A stretch of DNA of 64,000 bases. It comes from Prorocentrum cordatum. Its lineage: Eukaryota. A program made the translations under genes and the position numbers. Where the stretch lies: assembly GCA_963575745.1 (NCBI GenBank), contig CAUYUJ010000188.1, positions 1-64,000 on the forward strand, written 5' to 3'. Numbering within the stretch: position 1 is the first letter of the stretch; each line of letters opens with the position of its first letter. The notes beneath the pieces are model-generated. The model was not told where the DNA came from. It was given only the letters and a program-made list of their open reading frames with translations, and searched no databases. Positions 50,409-64,000 of this stretch are shown here, piece by piece.

Positions 50409-51380
50409 GTTCCACGCGTCCTTTTTCCATGTTCTCCGACGCCCCCCCTGGGGCATTCGGGTTGGGTTGGGTTGGGGTGGTTGAGTGGGTGGTGAACCCC
50501 CCAATTCCGACCCCCACCCCCGAACTGGCGATCCAAGGTCGGGGAGACGTAAGACTCGGGTACGGGGGGGACTCAGGCTGGCCTGTCGGGACCAGCATGA
50601 AAATGACGAAAACGAATCTGATACTTGACGCGAACTCCCGCTGCAAACATCCCACGAACACTGGACCGTCAAAATCCAGGACGCGCTACTTAACAAAACC
50701 TCGGCAATCCTGCGGGTCTTTACGCTGCCCCAACAAGGGGTCGGGACTGGGGGTGGGGGTGCGCTCTCGGGGCCCAGGGATCCAGCAAACGCCATCCCAC
50801 ACCCCCAGCCCCGACCCCAAAGTCCCCGGTTCGGAGGTGGGGTCGGGACTTGGGGGGTGGGTGTTCCAGGGTGACCCCAAAACCGCATCGGAACATCGAA
50901 CGGGCCATCGAAAGAAATCGAATCGGTAAAGAAGTCGTCGAGCAGATCGGAAGGCGTCGGAATCGGCTTCCGCCCGCCCAGGCCGAGGCATGCACGAGGA
51001 AAGCCAAACCAAAGCCGAAATCCAAAGCCGCGTCGAGCCGACAGAGTCCGGAGCCGCGCTCCTCCTCGTCCTCCTCCTCCTCCTCCTCCTCTTCCTCTTC
51101 TTATTCTTATTGTTGTAAGTCTTCTTAGTCTTATTGTGCAGAGTATTGATCTTATCATTAATCTTAATATCCGCCAGCCCCCTTGTGGGAGCACAAGGCT
51201 GTAGGGCAAAGGTTTGCTGCTCCCTGCACCAGTTGCAGGTTCCAGTTTCCAATGTGATAGTTCTGCTTCTTGTTGTATTACTGATCCTTGCTGAAGACCG
51301 CGCGAGGGGGGGAGCCGATAATCAGCTTGGTTAGCGTCTCCTGGGAGGGGTCTCAGAATTTCTGGGGGGGTCGAAATTAA

Positions 51381-52094
51381 CACCCCTCACGCAAATCGGC
51401 GGGATCAGGGTCCAAAAACACAAGGGACTTGCCACGTTTCTGAAATTCGGTGGCACCTCTCACGCAGATCGGCGGGGTCAGGGTCCAACAACATAAAGGA
51501 TTTGCTACTTTTTTTCAAATTCGGCGGCACCCCGCACGCAGATCGGCGTAGTCAGGGTCCAAAAACACAAGGGATTGACTACATGTTTCAAATTCGGCGA
51601 CACCTCTCATGCAGATCAGCAGGGTCAGTATCGAAAAAAACATGGGATTTGCCACATGCCTTGAAATCCGGTGGCACCCCTCACGCAGATCGCCGGGGTC
51701 AGGGTCGAAAAACAAATGGGATTTGCGACATGTCTAAAATTCGGCGACACCTCTCACGCAGAACAACAGGGTCAGGGACTAAAAACACATGGGACTTGCC
51801 ACATTTCTGAAATCCTGTGGCACCTCTCACGCAGATCGGCGGGGTCAGGGTCCAAAAACGAAAGGGATTTGCTACATTTCTGAAATCCGGCGGCACCCCT
51901 CACGCAGATCGGCGGAGTCAGGGTTCAAAAACACAACGGATTTGCCACATTTCTGAAATTCGGTGGCGCTCCTCATGCAGATCGGCGGAGTCAGGGTCGA
52001 ACAACACATGGGATTTGCCACATGTGTTGAAATCCGGTGGCACCCCTCACGCAGATCGCCAGAGTCAGGGTCAAAAAACACATGGGATCTGCAA
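51381..52094. repeat. ~73-bp tandem minisatellite, about 10 units (CACCCCTCACGCAGATCGGCGGGGTCAGGGTC...)
   Basis: Unit starts near 51381, 51454, 51528, 51601, 51675, 51748, 51821, 51894, 51967 and 52041. Confidence 0.95.
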
Positions 52095-52912
52095 CATCTC
52101 AATATCTCGTAGGAAAACATTGCACAGCATACGCGAGCAAGCTCGAAATACAACACCGAACTCAACAATATCATCAGAATCTCAATGTGTCTTGCCGATT
52201 ACTCATCGTCTTCGCGTGAAGTCCCGACGCTGCTTCACGGCGGCGCCAAGGCCTCATGATTTCGCTCATGCATTGCCCATTATCCGAAAGAGGGGGCCGG
52301 CGGCAGGGGGCGAAGCCCTTACGGATTGATCGTATTAGCATTACGATGCGTATTGCTAAGATCAGTTCTCTCCTTAGTAGTAGTAACATCCTTCATATTA
52401 GCATTCGTCCTTCGTATTAGTATTCGTCGTATTATTGGTTGGCCGCATTATTGTTTTTATTATTCTTCTTATTGTTACTATTATTATTATGATTATCATA
52501 TTTCGTCTTCGTCATACTGAGATACTTAGTCACATATGTATTGGCATCTCCTTCTTAACATCTTTATTATGACGGTTCGCATTCATATCGTTATTCCTAC
52601 TATTAGGGTTATTAGTCGTTTTTCATTCGTATACATATCAGTATTCGTATTAGTAGTAGCGTTCGTCTTCTTATTCGTATCGTGATCGTTCTTATTCGTA
52701 CTACTACTGTTATGCGTACTAGTATGATAATCCATGTTCTAAGTAATACTACTAGTATTAGCTTTCGTCGTTGTAATACGATCGGTATTAGTATCATCCA
52801 GAGTATCAAGATCAGTATTACTATTATTCCTCCTCCTCCTCCTCCTCGCATCGCGTCGGAGTCCGAACCCTCGAAGCCGAGTCGACCCGAATCGGCAGGG
52901 GCGACAGGGCTC

Positions 52913-52957
52913 CTGGACTTCGCCCTCCGAGAGCCTGCCGCGCCCGCCCGCCTCCAC
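52913..52957 (-). CDS. Candidate short exon of an unidentified upstream gene (VEAGGRGRLSEGEVQ)
   Basis: Pyrimidine-rich ctcag|G acceptor, CAG|GA donor, phase 0, compatible with the 53647-53775 candidate. No homology recognised. Confidence 0.3.
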
Positions 52958-53646
52958 CTGAGCGGCGAAAAGAGAGGGCTGGGCCTCCTCCTCCTCCCTT
53001 TCCTCCTCCTCCCCCTCCTCCTCCTCTCCTCCTCCTCCCTTTGCTCCTCCTCCTCCTTTTTCTTCTTCCTCCTCCTCCTCCTGCTCCTCCTCCTCCTCCT
53101 CCTCCCTTTCTTCCTCCTCCTCCTCCTCCTCCTCCCGCCTCCACCTGAGCGACGAGAAGATAGGGCTAGGTCGGGCATGTCCTCCTACAGTAGGGGCCCT
53201 TGCACAAGAAACCTTCCACAAGAAACCCAACCCTGAGACCCCAGGACGTCCACTGGTTCTTGGAGCGGGAGCGCCACCCTCTCCATCGCAGGACCATCGA
53301 AACCCAAGAAACCCAGGGCACCCTGGAGGCGAGCAGGGTGTTTCTTGGCATGCGTTTCCACTTTGGAGACGGACTCTCGAAGAAAAACAAAAATTGGCAC
53401 ACAAACAATTCAAACCAAAATCTCAAGAGCACGAAGAATCGCCCCAGACTACTTGTTTACACTATTATGAGAGATTCCTCCTGCAGAGGGACACGCCCGA
53501 CTTCAAGAAAGGGGTCTTGCGCACGGTCTCATGGCGACCTTGCGCGGTGGCCCACGCGCGCCGCCAGCGCGGCACGCGACCTTACGCGGGCGGCTTACGC
53601 GCCAACGTCGGTGAAGAGGAGCCCCTCTTTTTTGCTCGCCGCCCAC

Positions 53647-53775
53647 CTGGAAGATGAGCGTCCCGCCCTCGCAGAGCAGCGGCGCGCCGCCGCCAGCCCG
53701 GGCGCGGGCGGCGTCGCGCGCCAGGGACGCGGCGACCGCCTCGTACAGCTCCTCGGCGGCGCAGAGACGGGGCCC
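53647..53775 (-). CDS. Candidate exon of an unidentified upstream gene (GPRLCAAEELYEAVAASLARDAARARAGGGAPLLCEGGTLIFQ), possibly the VPS9-domain gene
   Basis: Pyrimidine-rich ...cccccag|G acceptor, CAG|GT donor, high GC3, 129 nt. No homology recognised. Confidence 0.4.
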
Positions 53776-55724
53776 CTGGGGGGAAGGGGGATCGGTCAGC
53801 GTCGAAGCGGGCCACCGGGTCGACTCGAGCTCTTCGCCGGATCGGGCTGCATGGGCACAAGGACACGAGCGAATCGGATCTCCTCCTCCTCGCTCCCTCC
53901 GCTCCGCCTCCGCCTCTTCACGTCGGCACATTCGTCATCTGGTGGTTCCGATTTCTGCTTCGTCTCCGGACTGTGTCTCTCGGTCGCCGCTCGGTGCCGT
54001 TCGTGTCTACAACATATTGCCAGACAGCATAATCGGTCAAAGAAGTGTGAAGCGGCTGCGCCAGGACGCACAACAGCGCCGCGCAAGCACACGTGCGCCC
54101 GGCCCCTGCAGGTCGGATGGAAAAACGGCTGGGGCTCCGCAGTTGGAGGATGTCTGCAGCCCCAGCGGGGGAGTCCGACACCCCTTCGTGCCCCGCCCAA
54201 ACGCAGTGCGGTGCATAGTCTTTCGGCGCGGAGCGTTGGAAAACGATGCTAAAATCCGCAAGGAAACATCGATATAAGCAATACTCCAAAGATGCTCAAA
54301 ACTGATCAAGAATGAGGATTCCTCCTGCAGAGGGACAGGCCCGACTTAAAACTGTGCACCATTCGGTTTCTGCGTCGAAGGTCCACGGAGCCTCCGCAGA
54401 CGCGAGCGCGGCTCGGTGCACGCACGTCCTCCGCGGATTGAGGGAGGGTGCCCGAAACAGAGGAACGGACAACAGCATAAACAGGTAATTACAGTCGGAC
54501 CTCGGCGCGGAGTCCTTCTCAATCGGCGCTGGACCCCACCCCTGGCACCGCCCCTTGCGTTGTGTTGCTCCAATCGTACTTAAAGACCACGTCCCAGAAA
54601 AAATATCGAGCACCCGGGAAACAGTGTCGAAAGAGAGTCAAAACAATGTCGAAACAGTGTCGGACGAGTGTCCCCCCAGGGCCCGACACGAAAAAACCCT
54701 CGAGTTTCGGTACTGTTGCTGGTGCTCGAAATTCTTTCAGGCGATCAAGGATACAGTATGTTGGAACATCATAACCCTTGCGCGCTCCGCGTGCCAGGGA
54801 GTGGGGTCCAGCACAGATCCAATAAGGCCGCGCGGACTCGAGAGTGTGTGGCTGTGCGCCCGCGTTCCTTCGACCTGGGGACGGGGGCCCCCAAATAGTG
54901 CAGAGGGACCCCTGCCTATCCCCAGGGCCCCCGCCCCCCGGGCCCCAGCCCCCAAGGCCCCATCCCTCCAGGCCCTCCAGGCCCCATCCCTCGGGGCACT
55001 CCAGGCCCCATCCTGCCGACAATATCTATATCCACATCCAGTGCGTCGTGGATTTTCTTGGAAGGGGCACCGCAAGGCCGAGCCGCACTCACTGGACGTG
55101 GACAGAAATCGAGCCCCTAGAAGGGGCCGGCTCCCCATCCATATCCAGTGCGCCTCGGGGCTCTGGGGAAGGGAGCCCGAAACTCCAAGCCGCAGCGGAC
55201 ATGGACACGAGCCTTGCCCGCGTGCCTCCTCCAGATCCAGCGAGGGTCCCCGGGGCCCCGGGCCACGGGTTGGAGGCCTGGAAAGGGCACCAACACCAAC
55301 ACGGGGGGCTGCGGGGGAAGCTGATCCTAGATTTCGGTGTTGGTGGTGATATTTCGGTCTCCTTGGAAGCCAGAATACTACCACCATCACCGAGATCGAG
55401 ATCTTCTCCCCTTGGTGGAGGCACGCCGCCGACATTGGTGTTGGTGTCAACCCCTATAGGCCTGCGATCGGGGCCCCCTCTTCGCACCGCCGATCTCCAG
55501 ACCGGTCGCCCCCGCAACCAGCGTCCTGGACTGCTCGGTGTCCGCCCGCCCCGCCCTCGCCAGGCGGGGCCGCCGGGTCGCGCGCGACGGCCAGGGCCCT
55601 CCTGGGCAGCAGAGGCACCGCCGCGGCCGGGCAGCCCAGCAGCTCAGCCTTCCGCTGCCGTAGACTCCGTGCAGATACCAGATACCAGAAGCCAAACCCC
55701 CGGGGGGTGGCCCAGGGTAGGCAA

Positions 55725-55997
55725 GGGGAAGGGCCTTGGGGAAGGACCTTGGGCAGACCGGGGCAGGCCGAGGGGAAGGGCCCAGGGGAAGGGCCCAGGA
55801 GAAGGGCCTGGGGGAAAGGCCTAGGGGAAGTGCCTAGGGGAAGGACCTCGGGGAAGGGCCTCGGGGAAGGACCTTGGGGAAGGACCTCGGGGAAGGGCCG
55901 TGGGGAAGGACCTTGGGGAAGCGCCTTGGGGAAGGGCCTCGGGGAAGGGTCTTGGGGAAGGGCCCTGGGGAAGGACGCTGGGGAAAGGCCAGGGGAG
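55725..55997. repeat. 12-bp (GGGGAAGGGCCT)n degenerate array
   Basis: Direct reading. Confidence 0.9.
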
Positions 55998-56429
55998 GCC
56001 TCCGCCTCCGGCTTCTACGAGCAGCAGCACTGCCTTCCGCTGCCCTGGGCCATGGCGCAGATGCCAGAGCCCCAACCCCGATGCATGGTTTGTCCTGAGC
56101 CTGCTCAGACTCAGTCGACTCGTCGGCTTCCCAGTCTCTCAATCGTTGCGCACGCGCGCCACCCTACTGGGCCCCTGGTGCGTCCCAGGTCCAGACGGCG
56201 GTGCGTTCCAAGAACGTTCCACATAGATTCCTCGCGTGCCCGCGCGATAATGGTGCGCTCCAGGCCCAGAGAATATTGCGTGCCAGTGCCGTGTCAAGAG
56301 CACCCCGTGCGCGCCCGCTCTGAGATTTTGCGCCCCAGACAACCGTTGTGGTTGTGTGTATTCGCGTTCGTTCATCTACAAACGCCTCATCGCCAGCGCA
56401 GTTACTCTGCCTTGCCGCCGACGCAAAAA

Positions 56430-60233
<3,804 letters not shown>

Positions 60234-61413
60234 TTCTGATGGACCGCCCTGCCTGCGTTCCTGGCAGCGCCCGATCGGAAATTCAATACCTTCGCTGCGC
60301 TCCTGATGGCGCCTACCAGAAACGCTCTGTTCTCATGCGTCTACGATGGAGGATGGCGCCCTACTGGAATCGCGGCGTCTTTACAGCGCGTCCGATGGCA
60401 CGGCGCCCTACCAGAAACGCGCTGCTCCCACCTGGGCGACGAACAAAAGCATGCCTCACGCAAGAAGCTAGGGCTCCCAACTTCGCGCTTCGCGCTGCGC
60501 GAAGCGCGAAGCGCGAATAACTTCGCGCTCTCGCGCCGCCCCCCCAAAGGGAGAAGAGGAGGACGAGGAGGAGGGGGAGAAGGAACGAGGACCGCGAAGC
60601 GCGAAGCGCGAATAACTTCGCGCCCTCGAGGGAGCCCTTGAGGACGCTCACGCCCGACCTCACGCGGGAAGCTTGCGCGCGACTGCCCGCTCCGTCGACC
60701 CCGTTCTCTTCCGTCCCGCACCTGTGAAGGGGCCCTGGGACACACACATAAATACACACAGAGTGCCAGGATCCCCCACATGTTCGCACATGTTCTGGGC
60801 TTTTGCCTCCCCCCCCACTTCCCAGATCTTCCCAACATTTTCACGGGAATCGACGAGAAAGTGCGTCTGTGTGTGTGTTGTTCCCCTCCCGAAGCTGTGC
60901 CTCCTGTGGCGCCCTGCCCGCACCGCCGCGCGCTCTCTCTCTGCCGGCGCTGCCCGGCGCCCCGCTCCGCCCCCCCCCCGCCCCTGCAGGCGCGGCAGGC
61001 GGGGGCCTCCCACGGCCCCCCTGCAGAGCCCGCCGGCGAGGCCCTCGACGGGGCCTCCAGCCACCGCGCTGCCGGGAGCGTGCCGCGGGGAGCGTGCCAG
61101 GAGACGCGTCCAGAGGGGGGCATTCCAGGCGACGCGCCACGGGACGAGCGACGCGCCAGGGGACGGGAGGAGAAGGAGGAGGAGGAGGAGGAGGAGGAGG
61201 AGGAAGAGGAGTAGGAGGAGGAGGAGGAGAAGGAGGAGGACGCCGAGAGACGCGACAGGGGGCGTGCCAAGGAACCTGCCAGGGGACGCGCCAGGGAGCG
61301 CACGTGCCAGGGGAGCACGGGTCGTGCCGAGGGATGTGCCAGCACACGTGCCGGCAGACGTGCCAGGGGACGTCAGGGGGCGTGCCGTGAGAAACGCCAG
61401 GGGATCTGGCAGG

Positions 61414-61535
61414 TAGGGGGCCACATGCGAACCCTACCCCTACCCCCCACGTTTTCTGAGGGGGAGCGAAGTGAACCCCACTCTTCCCCTCGGAAATCGT
61501 GGAGGGTAGGGGTAGGGTTCGCATGTGGCCCCCTA
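61414..61535. mobile_element. MITE family C (perfect 32-bp TIR TAGGGGGCCACATGCGAACCCTACCCCTACCC)
   Basis: Perfect TIRs with a 5-bp TSD, GCAGG. A diverged relative lies at 42141-42300 (GCGGC/TCGGC). Confidence 0.9.
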
Positions 61536-62955
61536 GCAGGGGATCTGCGGGGGGGCGTGCTCAGGGACGTGCCAGGAGATTGCCGGGAGACGTGACAAGG
61601 GACGTGTGAGGTCGTGGGGCGTACGGCATAGCTCTGAATCCAGAGTAAGTTCGCGATTCAGGAGCCCGCCCAGCGCAGAATCCCCAAACCACCACATCCG
61701 TGACCTGAAACTGGACCAGGAATCCCAAGTAATATTTGTTGAGGAGAAATGCTTCCCAACATGTCGTGAGTTCTTACACTCTGGATGAGTAACCTGCGTC
61801 ATGCAAAACATGTGGTGCAAGTTGTGTGGTGCGCAAGGTATGTGGTGCAAGCTATGTGTTGCAAGCTATGCGGTGCAAGCTTTGTGATGTAGCGCCTCTT
61901 TTGAGTCTCCCGGCGCCCCTTGGGCCATCTTGGAGTCCCTTGGAGGCCTCTTGGGCCATCCTGTCCTCCTCCTCATGCCATCTTGGGTCATCTGATCGCC
62001 CTCGTGACACCCTCTTGGGCCATCGTGGCCGCTCACAACAAACAAACATTGAAATACAAGGAGCCATCCCCCACCCAGCGATCCGCCCGCCTGAAACTCG
62101 TAAGTCCCACCAGACCTCTAGACGTGAGTGGTTTAACGAGCTCCTTCTGCAGATTCCCATCTTCCGGATCCAAGAGATCCGCGCGGAGCTCCAACAAATG
62201 ATGTATATGAGTGTTTTTTCTTCTTCGATTCGTGCTGCTACACATCACACATCACACATTGGATCAACTCCCCTGGTGATTGTTTTCCGATGGGCTGGTG
62301 GGGACGCTTTTCCGTCGCGGCCGCAGGCGAAGGCGCACAGCGGCGACACAAGTCAGCTCGGGCTGTGCTCCGAGCAACTGGTGGGGACGCTGTTTGGCTC
62401 GCGAGCGACGCAGGCAGCTGCGCGCCGTCCAAACAGGTAACAAGGTGGGGACGTGCGGAGCGTCAAGAATTCCAACGAGAACCGATCCGCGCTCCCCGGC
62501 ACGTCACAAGGCCAGGACCCTCTGAGACCGTGCCCGTGCCCTCCCCTGGGCCCCCTCCCTCCCATGGTCCCTGCTGGTTTCCGTCTCTTGCCTGGGCCCC
62601 CTGCCCTCACGCTGGTCCACGTGGTTCCTTCCCCCCCGCGGCCCCCTTCCCTCCTCTGGTCCCCTCCGCTGGTCCCCATCCCTCGCCCTGTCTCCCCCCC
62701 GTGGCCCCCACCCTTCCCCGTGGTCCCCCCTCTCTCCCCTGGCCCCCTCCCTCCCCTCCTGATGGGCCTGTTTTTCACCACTAGGGGAAGAAGGAGGTGG
62801 AAGAGGAGGAGGAAGAGGAGGAGGAGGAGGAGGAGGAGGAGGAGGAGGATCCCCTCCCCCTCCAACCTATGGTGGTGGTGGTGGAAAACAGGCCCATCAC
62901 CTCTGGCCCACTCCCCTCGCCCAAGACGACAAAGCAGCCAGCCAATCGACCAGCC

Positions 62956-63302
62956 TACGGCAGGTTCGTGTCGTGCCGACTTTCGGCGATGGACAAACCT
63001 CCATTTAGTGAAAACGGCCTAGGATCGAAACCGACTGACCTGGACCTGCAAAAATGACGGCCGCGACGCCCTCTCGCGAACCGAAAACGCCAATTCGCTA
63101 AGCGACGTGTCAGGGCAGGAGGTCTGTCAACCTCCGAGACTTCCGCGCTGGTTCCTGACACCGCGCGGATCGTTCAACCTGAAACGATCGGCCGTTTCCG
63201 AAGCGCCAGATCTTTGAACATCGACCGATTCTGGGCCGCCGCCAGCGTTCAACGTGGAACGGGCGGGGTCGCTGCCGGTCGGCACGACGCGAACCTAGCG
63301 TA
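62956..63302. mobile_element. MITE family D (TIR TACGGCAGGTTCGTGTCGTGCCGAC) carrying a nested family B element
   Basis: TAC...GTA termini with the 6-bp flanking repeat CCAGCC. Copies without the nested insert lie at 47204-47395 and about 25750-25935. Confidence 0.8.
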
Positions 63303-63682
63303 CCAGCCGCACCTGCCAACTAACCAACAAACACACAAATAAATACACACTAATCTCAGGATTCCCCAGATTTTCCTATAATTTCTGGGCTTCTGGCTTC
63401 CCCCCACTTCCCATATTTTCGCATGTTTTCCTGGGAATCGACGATTCTTTGCGTCTGTGTTTGTCCCCCCCTGGTGATTAGCCAGCCAACCAGCCAGCCA
63501 CTCTCCCGGCCAGCCACCCAGGCAGTGCGGAAATCAGAAGAAGGGTACCGCCGGCAGCAGGCGAAGCCCTCCGGCTAGCCACCAAACTGCCCGGAAGCGG
63601 CATCGTAGGCCGCCTGCTGGGCCTCCGAGCGGTAGGGCGGGTTGCACACCACCACGTGATACTGATGGGCCTGTTTTCCACC

Positions 63683-63782
63683 NNNNNNNNNNNNNNNNNN
63701 NNNNNNNNNNNNNNNNNNNNNNNNNNNNNNNNNNNNNNNNNNNNNNNNNNNNNNNNNNNNNNNNNNNNNNNNNNNNNNNNNN
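63683..63782. other. Assembly gap (100 N) inside a family A MITE
   Basis: Run of N directly after TGATGGGCCTGTTTTCCACC. Confidence 1.
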
Positions 63783-64000
63783 TCCTCCCTCCTCCTCCTC
63801 CTCCTCCTCCTCCTCCTCCTCCTCCTCCTCCTCCTCCTCCTCCTCCTCCTCAGGATGGGAGAGACGGGTCCTGAGGGGCACGGGTCCTGGGCCCCGGGGC
63901 TGCCCCCCAGGACGAGATCCTCATCCCGAGCCGTTTTCTGACAGCCCCGGGGCCCGCGGAGGGCACCGAGGGCCCGAGGACGGCGACAAACCTCAGGACC

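Overview
This is GC-rich, microsatellite- and transposon-dense eukaryotic DNA, most likely from a dinoflagellate. That assignment is inferred from GC/GA 5' splice sites, short exons in multi-kb introns and a spliced-leader relic. Almost every ORF in the supplied track is a low-complexity artefact. The real coding content is on the minus strand. (1) Eight exons (33360 down to about 2356, 762 nt, 254 aa) splice in frame into the middle of chaperonin CCT8/TCP-1 theta, and none uses a GT donor. (2) A VPS9 (Rab5-GEF)-like exon lies at about 35.9 kb, with weaker candidate exons at 52.9 and 53.7 kb. (3) An uninterrupted LINE ORF with an APE endonuclease runs from 1544 off the left edge and is missed by the ORF track. 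(4) A 5'-truncated RTE-like LINE with a 12-bp TSD lies at 7.6-8.7 kb. I could not find the N-terminal CCT8 exons in the 30 kb upstream; the VPS9-like exon sits only 2.5 kb away instead. The introns are a mosaic of short inverted-repeat elements with 5-, 6- or 8-bp TSDs (often nested), a tandem DinoSL relic heading a decayed retro-copy, satellites and very long simple repeats. No rRNA, tRNA or CRISPR array was found. There is one 100-N gap.
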